A stretch of DNA of 64,000 nt from an uncultured Phycisphaeraceae bacterium (GCA_964496975.1 CAZCBN010000001.1:57678-121677); one strand, 5' to 3'. Shown: positions 46,787 through 54,919, counted from the first letter of the stretch. Translations and numbers: made by a program. The notes: a model not told the origin generated them from the letters alone.

Positions 46787-47722
46787 TCAGGCGCCGGCGG
46801 CCGGCGCCACCGCCAGCTCGGCGCGCACCAGCTGCACAAGCTGCGGCAAGTCCGCCAGACGCGTCGTCCGCCTCAACGCCACCACGGGGACACGCGTCCC
46901 GACCGCGACGCACAACCCGAAGTGCGTACGCGATTGGCCAAGCGCCAGAGAGATCGGCCGCCGGTAGGTGCCGGCGGCGACTGCGGGCACCCGCGCCGCG
47001 CCGGTGATGCGCCGCAGTGCCGGAACCTCGCCCGGCGGTCCTTCGAAGACAAAAATCCGATCGATCGGCACCGGTGCGGGCGACGCGGGCTCGAACTCGA
47101 CGTGGTGCTTGCCGCGGACGGCGGCACTGCCGCGTCCCGCGGCCACCCAGGCCAGTGAGTCGGCCTGCAGCCGGAACTGACGCGCGCCGGGGTGGACCTG
47201 CGGGCGGCCGGCCGCGTCGAGCGACACGACCGCGAGATCCTCGGCGATGACGCGATGCGCCCCCGCATGAAACGCGGCGGCCAGCGTCGACTTGCCGGCG
47301 CCCGGCCGACCGGCGAACAACACACAGTGGCCATCCACCTCCACGGCGCTGGCGTGCATCGGCAGCGCCCCTCGCTGGTGGACCAGCGCCGCCATGACTG
47401 AGGACAGCAGGAACAGGCGGACATCCTCGAGCGAGGCGCCCGGCAGCGGCGCGACGACTACCTCGCGTCCCTCCCGAACCCAGTACCTCGCAATCCGCGG
47501 CAGGTCCAGCAGATACTCACCGGCGGCCGCGGCGTATCGCCGGCGCCGGGTCGGCTGCCCCGCGAGATCGAGCGGGGTGTCGCCGTACCGGATGACGACA
47601 TCCGGCTCCGCCTCCGTCGGCATCAGGGCGGGCAGTTCGAGGTCCGACGCGATCGTGACCCCGTGCGCGCGGTAACGGTAGCCGACGACTGGTGCGCCGG
47701 TCGGCTTATCATCGGTCACCAC
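46787..47722 (-). CDS. HprK C-terminal-domain-like serine kinase (HprK-related kinase)
   Basis: PMHASAVEVDGHCVLFAGRPGAGKSTLAAAFHAGAHRVIAEDL is the P-loop context of HPr kinase-like proteins. The N-terminus YRYRAHGVTIASDLELPAL..PDVVIRYG matches the family. A GTG start at 47722 (or 47719) was chosen; the 415-aa track ORF is 5'-extended. Confidence 0.75.
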   Translation of the reverse strand: MVTDDKPTGAPVVGYRYRAHGVTIASDLELPALMPTEAEPDVVIRYGDTPLDLAGQPTRRRRYAAAAGEYLLDLPRIARYWVREGREVVVAPLPGASLEDVRLFLLSSVMAALVHQRGALPMHASAVEVDGHCVLFAGRPGAGKSTLAAAFHAGAHRVIAEDLAVVSLDAAGRPQVHPGARQFRLQADSLAWVAAGRGSAAVRGKHHVEFEPASPAPVPIDRIFVFEGPPGEVPALRRITGAARVPAVAAGTYRRPISLALGQSRTHFGLCVAVGTRVPVVALRRTTRLADLPQLVQLVRAELAVAPAAGA

Positions 47723-47724
47723 GC

Positions 47725-49506
47725 ATGCTGCTCCTGGACGCTGAGCTTGACACACTTCTCGCGGCCATCGCCACCGGCGACGCGCGCGTGGTATCGCCGC
47801 TGTTTGCCGCCTACCTCGCGGCCGAGCCGCGCGCCGGACGAAAGCGGCATCTGGCCGGCCTGCAGTTGCTGGCGCGCGGCCACCGCGGCGAGGCCAGCGC
47901 GAGACTGGAGGCGGCGGCACTCGAGGCGCCGGACGCCGGCGCAATCCGCAACAACCACGGCCATGTGCTGATGCTCCGGGAACAATGGGACGCGGCGGCG
48001 GCGCAGCTGCGCGCCGCGCATGCGCTGCTCCCATCGGCCATCGAACCGCTGGTCAATCTGGCGGACATCCTGGCGCTCTGTGACCTGCCGTCGGAAGCGC
48101 GCCGCGTCCTCGACCGCGCGCTGGCGATCGCGCCCGATCATCCCGACACCGCCCTCCGTCTGCTCCGGCTCAGCCTCCGCCTCTCCGATCAGGCCGGCGC
48201 GGCGCACGCCGCGTCCATCCTGGCGCGCGCGCCGGCGCCGTCGGCCGCCGCCTCGTACGGCCTCGGCCGGTACTGCGAACACATCGGCGATCTGGACGCC
48301 GCCGCGCGCCACTTCTCAGCCGCGGCGGCGATGGGCAGCGGCGCAGCGCACAGCCGCCTGGCCCGGCAGGCGCTCGATCGTCACGACCTGGATGCGCTCA
48401 CCCGCCATGCGGCGCTGGCGACGACGCTGGCACCCGATGACAGTGACGCCTGGCGCGTGCGCGCGCTTTCGCATCAGCTGGACGGCGACCTCGCCGGGGC
48501 GCGGCGCGCGGCCCACCTGGCGTTTGCCTGCAGCCGCCAGACCGCCCGTGACGTCGCCAACTACATCGAGACCCTGGCGTTCGACCTCGGGACCGAGGTG
48601 TCGCTGGCCGGGTACGAGTCGCGCTGGAGCACGCGGACTCCGCAGCCGGAGGCGGCCCGGTCGCGGTTCTCCGGCCGGCGATGGCTGGGCCAGCCTGCCG
48701 GCAGCGACCACGACCTCCTGATCCACACGGAACAGGGACTCGGCGACGCGCTGCAGTACATCCGTTGCGTCAGCGCCGTGCAGGCGCTCGGATGGCGCGT
48801 ACACCTGGCCACTCATCCCGCCCTTCTCCGGTTGCTGGCACGCGTGCCTGGCGTCGCCTCCGTCACCACCCTCGAGGAGGCCGCGGCGCTGCCGTGGCAC
48901 TGCCCGACGGCGAGCCTGCCCTTTGCGGTTGAGCCGCAGCTGGGTGATCCGGCCGCCAGTGTCCCGTACGTGTCGGCCGACCCCGCCGACATCGAGACCT
49001 GGCGGCGCCGGCTCGCGGGCGGCCCGGGGCCCACGGTCGGACTCGTCACCAGCTGCAATCCCCGGCACCCGCGACACGCCCAGCGATCGATCCCGTGGGC
49101 CCTGATCGCGCCGCTCGCGCGGGTCGCAGGCGTGACGTTCGTCCTGATTCAGCCCGACGAGGCGGGCGGCCCCCCGCGGTTTCGCCGCGCGCCCTCGACG
49201 TGGCCGGGCCCGGCGCGACTCCTCGATGTCAGCGATCATGGCGGCGACCTGCTCGAGACCGCCGCCGCAATCGCCGCGCTCGACCTGCTGGTCACCGTCG
49301 ATACCGCCCTGCTCCACCTCGGCGGGGCGCTGGGCCAGCCGGTCTGGGCGTTGCTGTCCGCGTATCCGCAGGCGCGGTGGCTGCCGCGTCCCGGCCGGAC
49401 GTGGTACCCCACGGTGCGACTCTTTCAGCAATCAGTGCCGGGCGACTGGACCGCAGTCATTGAGTCGGTGCGGGCCGAGCTGAGTGCGGCTTACGCCCGC
49501 AAGTGA
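47725..49506 (+). CDS. TPR-repeat protein fused to a GT9 (heptosyltransferase-like) glycosyltransferase domain
   Basis: About 300 aa of TPR-like helices (..ARRVLDRALAIAPDHPDTALRLL..). GT9 part: LLIHTEQGLGDALQYIRCV..VGLVTSCNPRHPRHAQRSIPW..LLVTVDTALLHLGGALGQPVWALL. The ATG 47725 start is uncertain. Confidence 0.75.
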   Translation: MLLLDAELDTLLAAIATGDARVVSPLFAAYLAAEPRAGRKRHLAGLQLLARGHRGEASARLEAAALEAPDAGAIRNNHGHVLMLREQWDAAAAQLRAAHALLPSAIEPLVNLADILALCDLPSEARRVLDRALAIAPDHPDTALRLLRLSLRLSDQAGAAHAASILARAPAPSAAASYGLGRYCEHIGDLDAAARHFSAAAAMGSGAAHSRLARQALDRHDLDALTRHAALATTLAPDDSDAWRVRALSHQLDGDLAGARRAAHLAFACSRQTARDVANYIETLAFDLGTEVSLAGYESRWSTRTPQPEAARSRFSGRRWLGQPAGSDHDLLIHTEQGLGDALQYIRCVSAVQALGWRVHLATHPALLRLLARVPGVASVTTLEEAAALPWHCPTASLPFAVEPQLGDPAASVPYVSADPADIETWRRRLAGGPGPTVGLVTSCNPRHPRHAQRSIPWALIAPLARVAGVTFVLIQPDEAGGPPRFRRAPSTWPGPARLLDVSDHGGDLLETAAAIAALDLLVTVDTALLHLGGALGQPVWALLSAYPQARWLPRPGRTWYPTVRLFQQSVPGDWTAVIESVRAELSAAYARK

Positions 49507-50153
49507 GTCGGGCCGCGACCCGGCTCGTGCCCGGCATACCCAAACGCCTCGATATCTTCGCGATAAGTCACGGCCACCTTCGCTGCCAGGTCGTCGGTGT
49601 AATAACTCGCCGCCGCCTCGTGGGTGGAGGCGTTCAGCTGCGGCAGCGGGCCTGACGGCAGGCCAAGGCGACGGCAGACATGGTCGAAGTCGTCCTGCAG
49701 ACGCTCGAAGCGGCCGATGAAGTCCAGGGACAGGCGGCCGACGGCATCAATCAGAAATGACTGTTGCGCCGCGAACCACGTGTCTGCCCGCGTCCGTTCG
49801 CTCTCGAGCAACAGCGGCAGGTACCGCTGGGGATACGCCTGGAACAGCGGCCGGTGGGCGTTCCGGAAGAACGCGCACGAAATGAACCGATCCCACGGGT
49901 TCCGGACGAATGCAAATTTGAAATAGCCGGACCACGCCTCGGCAGGCAGCCACGGCTGGGCCTCAACCGCGCGAATGTGCCCGTGTCCGATTCGCGCCAG
50001 CGCGTCGATGGGCAGGCGCCGCGACGCTTGCCAGTCGGACTGTTCCCAATCGCGCACCGGATCCAGATGGGGCCGCAGCGCGGCCCGGATGGACTGAGTG
50101 CCGGTCTTCGGGACCGCGAGAAAGATGAACCTCCTGGAGTGGCAGACGATCAT
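49491..50153 (-). CDS. Sulfotransferase family 2-like protein
   Basis: MIVCHSRRFIFLAVPKTGTQSIRAAL (PKxGT-type PAPS loop) and ..FAFVRNPWDRFISCAF. Confidence 0.7.
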   Translation of the reverse strand: MIVCHSRRFIFLAVPKTGTQSIRAALRPHLDPVRDWEQSDWQASRRLPIDALARIGHGHIRAVEAQPWLPAEAWSGYFKFAFVRNPWDRFISCAFFRNAHRPLFQAYPQRYLPLLLESERTRADTWFAAQQSFLIDAVGRLSLDFIGRFERLQDDFDHVCRRLGLPSGPLPQLNASTHEAAASYYTDDLAAKVAVTYREDIEAFGYAGHEPGRGPTHLRA

Positions 50154-50251
50154 GGCACGTCAGACCGACTATACTCCTGCCACACCGTTCAGTCGTGTGT
50201 GTGGAGCCGTTGTTCAGACGGCGCGGTCGTCACTGCGTAGAGGAGATGTCG

Positions 50252-50899
50252 ATGGAAGCATTTATCGGAACGATTCAGGCCTTCGGATTCAACTTTCCAC
50301 CGCGCGGCTGGGCGCCGTGTGACGGACGCCAGCTCTCGATCGCGCAGTGGAGCGCCGTCTTCTCGCTGCTGGGCACCCAGTTTGGCGGCAACGGGCAGAC
50401 CACGTTCGCGCTGCCTGACCTGCGCGGGCGCCACATGGTCAACCAGGGACAGGGCCCTGGCCTGCAGATGTACACGATCGGGCAGACTGGCGGCGCGGAA
50501 AGCACCACGCTGACCCAGGGCCAGATGCCGATGCACACGCACATCGCGGTGGCGCAGCCGCACACCCACTCGACCCAGGCGCACACCCACACCAACACCG
50601 CGACGTCGGCGCTGTTTGCCGAGCGTCTCGCCGGGAATCTGGCCAACCCGAACGGCAACATGATGGCGTCGGCGGCCAACATGTACCTCGCGCCGGCGGC
50701 CCAGAACAACGTGCAGCTCGCGGCCGACTCGATCACCACCGCGGTCACGATTGATCAGGCGGCGGTCACACTCGACCCCGCCACCGTCACCGTCACCAAC
50801 AGCGCGGCCGGCGGCTCCCAGCCGTTCGACAACCGTCCGCCGTACCTCTGCGTGAACATCTGCATCTGCCTCGAAGGCATCTTCCCGTCGCGGAACTGA
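50252..50899 (+). CDS. Phage tail collar domain (MdpB-like) protein
   Basis: MEAFIGTIQAFGFNFPPRGWAPCDGRQLSIAQWSAVFSLLGTQFGGNGQTTFALPDLRGR, an HTH-rich middle (MPMHTHIAVAQPHTHSTQAHTHT), and the C-terminus GGSQPFDNRPPYLCVNICICLEGIFPSRN. Confidence 0.8.
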   Translation: MEAFIGTIQAFGFNFPPRGWAPCDGRQLSIAQWSAVFSLLGTQFGGNGQTTFALPDLRGRHMVNQGQGPGLQMYTIGQTGGAESTTLTQGQMPMHTHIAVAQPHTHSTQAHTHTNTATSALFAERLAGNLANPNGNMMASAANMYLAPAAQNNVQLAADSITTAVTIDQAAVTLDPATVTVTNSAAGGSQPFDNRPPYLCVNICICLEGIFPSRN

Positions 50900-50906
50900 C
50901 GCGCCG

Positions 50907-52040
50907 ATGTCCCTGGGCCGTTCCGGCCCGCTCCGCGTGGGCGTGTTGCCGCCAGGTTCGAGTTTCGTGCCGCTGCTGGCAGAGGATCTGCTTGCGGCCT
51001 TGGAACTCGGCCTGGCGGACGCGGGCGTGCCGGCTGAACTCGTGGCCGAGTTCGCCGACCACAATGCCGACCCGAAGGTGGTCGCGCCGAAAGCGCAACA
51101 ACTGCTCGTCGGTCAACGATGCGCGTGCGTGGTCGCGCCCCTGAACGTCTCGTTGATGGAGCGGCTGGCGCCGAACTTCCAGTTCCGGAACAGCCCGCTG
51201 CTGGCCCTGACCCTCGGCGAAGACCCACTGTTCGACACCGCGCGCAATCCCTGCCTGTTCGTGCACAGTCACCAGCTGTGGCGCGCAGCCTGGATGTGCG
51301 GGTACCTCGGCGTCCGTCGCTTCGGCCCCCGCGCGGCGATGCTGCTGGGCCTGCACGACGGCGGCTACGGGCTGGCGTTTGCGTTCCAGCTGGGCCTGGA
51401 GGCCGCGGGCGGAGAGGTGGCCCACGTGGCCGTGACGCACCGGCACTCGCGCCGTGACGATCCGAGCGACGACATCGCGGCGGCGTTGCGCGCGACCCCC
51501 GACTTCGTGTGGGCGGCCTACTCCGGTCTCGAAGCCATCTCGTTCCTGCAGGCCTACGCGCGACGGCCCGGCCTGGCCGCGCTGCCCATCATCGGGCTGT
51601 CACCGCTGGTCGAGGATCACGTCCGTGCCGGAGTGGGCGCCGCCGCGGCCGGCCTGCACATCGTCACCCCCGGTCCGTCGTCGGCCGACCAGCATGCCCT
51701 CACGCTCGCGCTGACGAAGGCGCTGACGCGCCGGCCGCATCCGTATGTGGTGCTGGCGTACGAATCCGCGCGACTCCTCGGTCTGGCGGCCGGACGTGTG
51801 GCCGGCGGCCAGGCCGATCTGCCGGCCGCGCTCCGCGACGTTGCGTTTGACAGCGCCCGCGGCGCGGTGCGGTTTGACGATGGCGTCGAACGTCCAATCC
51901 CGTTCTGCCTGCGACGGATGACCGCTGACGGCGAAACCGTCGACGATGTCGACGGGGTGCCCGCCCTCGACGAGCAATGCGGCGCGGCCCGCCGCAATCT
52001 CGTCAAGCAGGGTTGGGTCAATCCCTACCTCTGCGCGTGA
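50907..52040 (+). CDS. Type I periplasmic-binding-protein-fold (LivK/AmiC-like) protein without signal peptide
   Basis: 377 aa. LRVGVLPPGSSFVP.. and an alternating alpha/beta pattern. No hydrophobic N-terminus. Fold assignment is tentative. Confidence 0.45.
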   Translation: MSLGRSGPLRVGVLPPGSSFVPLLAEDLLAALELGLADAGVPAELVAEFADHNADPKVVAPKAQQLLVGQRCACVVAPLNVSLMERLAPNFQFRNSPLLALTLGEDPLFDTARNPCLFVHSHQLWRAAWMCGYLGVRRFGPRAAMLLGLHDGGYGLAFAFQLGLEAAGGEVAHVAVTHRHSRRDDPSDDIAAALRATPDFVWAAYSGLEAISFLQAYARRPGLAALPIIGLSPLVEDHVRAGVGAAAAGLHIVTPGPSSADQHALTLALTKALTRRPHPYVVLAYESARLLGLAAGRVAGGQADLPAALRDVAFDSARGAVRFDDGVERPIPFCLRRMTADGETVDDVDGVPALDEQCGAARRNLVKQGWVNPYLCA

Positions 52041-53050
52041 TGACCGTCCACGCGTCACCGCCTCGCACGGTCCTGTTTGCCGACGGCCTGGTGGCGCAGC
52101 CGACGATGGAGGCCCTGCTCGGCGCCGGGTGGGTGGCCGGACTGGTCACGCCGCGTGCGTCAGTCGAGGCCTCGCCACTGCGCCTGCTGGCGCGTCACCA
52201 GTCGGTCCCCGTGCTCGACGTCACCCGCGCGGATCTTGCGGCCGGCATCGACACCTGGCTGCAGACCTGCCGGCCGGATCTGGTGTTGTCGATCGCGTTT
52301 CCCTATCGCATCCCCGCGTCGCTGATCGCGATGCCGCCCCTGGGCGCGTTCAACGTACACGGCGGACGTTTGCCCAGGTATCGCGGGCCGCAGCCGGTGT
52401 TCTGGCAACTCGTCAATCAGGAGTCCGAGGGCGCCGTCGCCGTACACCTCATGGACGAGGCGTTCGATCGCGGCCCGGTGGCGGTGTCGCACCCGATCCC
52501 GATTGATCCGGACGACACCCATGGCCTCCACACCGTCCGCGTGGCCTTCGCCGCGGTGGCCGCGGTCCGGGCCCTGTGCGCGGCCCTCCTCCAGTTCGGC
52601 CGCCGCCTCCCCCTCGAGCCGCAGGAGGAAGCCGCCGCCGGCTTTCAGCGGCGGCCGGCCTACGACGACCTGGTCATTCGATGGGACCAGCACACGGGGC
52701 GTGACATTCGCGCACGCGTCAAGGCGGGAAACCCGTGGAACCACGGCGCGTTCACCTCGCTCAAGGGCGTGGACCTTCGACTGACCGACGTGACGCTGAT
52801 CGAAGGCGCCGGCCGGCCGTCGGCCGCCCCCGGTGAGGTGCTGGCCGTTCACGCCGCTGACGGCGTGTTGATCAACTGCCGGGACGGGTCGGCGCTGCGC
52901 GCCGACGTGATCTCCCTGCGCGAAGGACTGCTGCCGGGACGCGCGCTGGCGGCCTTCGGGGTGACGGCGGGTGATTGCTTCACGCCTCCGGTGTCGACCG
53001 GACCGGACGCCGGCGCTCGAGGTCCTGCCACACCGCCTCGAGCGTCGTAA
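52040..53050 (+). CDS. Fmt/ArnA-like formyltransferase (N- and C-terminal domains)
   Basis: The start overlaps the upstream stop (TGATG). PDLVLSIAFPYRIPASL..GAFNVHGGRLPRYRGPQPVFWQL..HLMDEAFDRGPV (N..H..D catalytic pattern), plus a Formyl_trans_C-like end. Confidence 0.8.
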   Translation: MTVHASPPRTVLFADGLVAQPTMEALLGAGWVAGLVTPRASVEASPLRLLARHQSVPVLDVTRADLAAGIDTWLQTCRPDLVLSIAFPYRIPASLIAMPPLGAFNVHGGRLPRYRGPQPVFWQLVNQESEGAVAVHLMDEAFDRGPVAVSHPIPIDPDDTHGLHTVRVAFAAVAAVRALCAALLQFGRRLPLEPQEEAAAGFQRRPAYDDLVIRWDQHTGRDIRARVKAGNPWNHGAFTSLKGVDLRLTDVTLIEGAGRPSAAPGEVLAVHAADGVLINCRDGSALRADVISLREGLLPGRALAAFGVTAGDCFTPPVSTGPDAGARGPATPPRAS

Positions 53051-53903
53051 GGTCCACGCCAGGAATGCCGGCAGCGGGGTCGCCCTGAAACGGTTCAAAC
53101 GGCCGCTTGGCGTGTGTGGCGCAGCGCAGGGCGATCTGCGCCCGTGAGGGCGCGTCATCCGGCAGGCCCATCCAGCGGGCGGCGCGCAGAAACGCCGCCG
53201 GGAACCCTTCGTCGTAGCTCACCAGCAGGCTGCGGGCATCGGACGCCGACAGCGACGACAACGCGCGATAGTGATGCTCGAGCACCGCCGCCGCGTACTG
53301 GTCCAGACTCACCCGTTCCGGATCGTACGCCACGGTGAACGGCGCCGGGTCGAGCAGACCGGGCACCATGTGCATCCCGCGCATCCTCCGCTGTGACGCC
53401 AGCACGGCGGCCGGGGCGCGATACAGCAGGATGAATGGGACACCGGGGAACCACTGGCGGAGTTCCGAGGCATGAAATACGTGCCAGCAGTCCGCCTTCA
53501 CGAAGAGCCGGCCGCCGGGGGCCAGTTGTCCCAGCAGCGACAGCGCCCTGGTGAAGTACTCCTCGCGATTCACGCGACTCGACCGGAGCAGCTGATCGAG
53601 CACGGGGGCCTCGGACACGACCACGTTGCGCGCGTCGAGCGCGAGGAGTTGCGCGAACAGGGTCGACCCGCATCGGGACACGTGAAAGATGAACGCGCCC
53701 GGAGCGGCGGCGCGCGGGACCGGCGCCTCGAGAATCGCCTCGACCGGCGTGAACCGGCGCCCGCCGCCTTCACGGATCACACGCGCGACGGACGCTTCGA
53801 ACAACGGCTCGATGAAGCGGACCCCGGCCACGTCAATCCACTCGCAGCGCTCGACGCCATCCACGGTGACGAGACGTGCCGGCACCCAGCAGGGCTCGCT
53901 CAC
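52980..53903 (-). CDS. Sulfotransferase-like protein
   Basis: The GTG start overlaps the stop of the upstream hydroxylase gene (GTGA, 53900-53903). AFIFHVSRCGSTLFAQLL (PAPS loop-like). The 495-aa track ORF is 5'-extended. Confidence 0.55.
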   Translation of the reverse strand: MSEPCWVPARLVTVDGVERCEWIDVAGVRFIEPLFEASVARVIREGGGRRFTPVEAILEAPVPRAAAPGAFIFHVSRCGSTLFAQLLALDARNVVVSEAPVLDQLLRSSRVNREEYFTRALSLLGQLAPGGRLFVKADCWHVFHASELRQWFPGVPFILLYRAPAAVLASQRRMRGMHMVPGLLDPAPFTVAYDPERVSLDQYAAAVLEHHYRALSSLSASDARSLLVSYDEGFPAAFLRAARWMGLPDDAPSRAQIALRCATHAKRPFEPFQGDPAAGIPGVDLTTLEAVWQDLERRRPVRSTPEA

Positions 53904-54583
53904 CCGTCGGCCTCGAGCGCGTCGGCCAGCCGCCGGTCCGTCTCGGTGCCCCGGCTGCGCAGTTCCTCGACCACGCGGCGACGCACCTCCGGCCTCATCC
54001 GGCGCGCGTCGGCATCGGCGGCGAAGTCGTACCCCGCGGCCGCAAACACGGCGTCCGACCACTCGTTCCGGCGGCCATCGATGATCAGGTGCACGCGGTC
54101 GCTGGCGCCCTCGTTGCTGACGCTGTGCGGCCGCGTGAAATCCGCATACCAGCATTCGCCGGGCTGCATCACGAGCCGATGGCCGGCGACGACGAACCGG
54201 GTCTCGGCATTGGTGGTGATGGGCACGTGCAGGCGGAAGAACCCTTCCGCGTAGGACGCGCCGCGATCGGTGTGTTCGGCGATCACGCTGCCCGGCGTGA
54301 GCCGCAGCAGCCGGACGGTCTCCAGCGGGCACGCAAAGGTGTCGAGCACCTCGCGGAAGTAGGCGCACGCCTGCAGCAGGGACGCCTCGCGATACCCCTC
54401 GAGCCCCGGAATCGACAGCAGGTCGTCCTCGGCCCCGGAGGCCGAACGCAGCGCCACGCCGCCCCATTCGCCGGCGTAATCACGGCGATTGGCGTGTGGC
54501 TGCCAGGCCTGGCGGCAGTGCTCCAGGTCGCCGGCCAGCCGGACCGGGTCGAACCTGAACGGCAGTTGCAGAACGACGGTCAA
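53900..54583 (-). CDS. Aspartyl/asparaginyl beta-hydroxylase-family protein (second copy)
   Basis: [55 protein letters not shown] 54583 was chosen as the start ([16 protein letters not shown]..). The ORF region upstream of it is not protein-like. Confidence 0.65.
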   Translation of the reverse strand: MTVVLQLPFRFDPVRLAGDLEHCRQAWQPHANRRDYAGEWGGVALRSASGAEDDLLSIPGLEGYREASLLQACAYFREVLDTFACPLETVRLLRLTPGSVIAEHTDRGASYAEGFFRLHVPITTNAETRFVVAGHRLVMQPGECWYADFTRPHSVSNEGASDRVHLIIDGRRNEWSDAVFAAAGYDFAADADARRMRPEVRRRVVEELRSRGTETDRRLADALEADG

Positions 54584-54919
54584 TGTAGGTGCGCCTTGTA
54601 GTGCTCTCTCAGCAGGTCGCGTCCGAAGTCGCCGTCGAAGTCCCGCCACACGGAGTGGATGTGGTTGCTGCCCCGGACGCCTCCGTCGGCGTCTGGGCAG
54701 CGCGCGTCCCGGCGACGGCGCGTCGTTCCAGCCTGCTTCCTCGCCGCGGCCTGGAAGATGACGCGGCAAGTATACACGCGTCGCGCACAGTGCGCCGCGG
54801 CCGCCGGCGCGCGGTGAGCCCGTGTATCGCCGGGTGGTTACACACCGTCTCGACCTGGTCCTCGGTGGGACACTCGCGATCGCAACTCTGCCGCTGGCGG
54901 CAGCGGTGACCTGGCGGTC

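Noticed and set aside
46298-47722. Calling the locus a standard lasso-peptide biosynthetic gene cluster
   Set aside because: No asparagine-synthetase-like cyclase or transglutaminase-like protease is present among the genes in the window. The putative core also lacks Asp/Glu at positions 7-9. Only the leader motif, the RRE and the kinase are lasso-like.
46787-48034. 5'-extended versions of the kinase ORF (415 aa), GT8 ORF (44797-46407), sulfotransferase ORF (52980-54467), hydroxylase ORF (53900-54973) and GT4 ORFs (56410-58065, 60386-61954)
   Set aside because: The extensions are low-complexity Arg/Pro/Ala sequence overlapping convincingly coding genes on the other strand. Family-typical N-termini begin at internal ATG, GTG or TTG codons.
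50530-50600. CACACCCAC-type micro-repeats
   Set aside because: They encode the His-Thr-rich insert (HTHIAVAQPHTHSTQAHTHTNT) of the tail-collar protein. This is in-frame coding low complexity.
50195-50899. The tail-collar gene as evidence for a prophage or tailocin
   Set aside because: There are no other phage structural, integrase or lysis genes nearby. Stand-alone collar-domain (MdpB-like) proteins are common in bacterial chromosomes.
54580-54777. 65-aa minus-strand ORF as an intact gene (possible IS200/RayT-like transposase)
   Set aside because: Only about 25 residues ([19 protein letters not shown]) faintly resemble the HUH region, and the rest is not protein-like. It was kept only as a possible relic in the finding on the decayed priming transferase.
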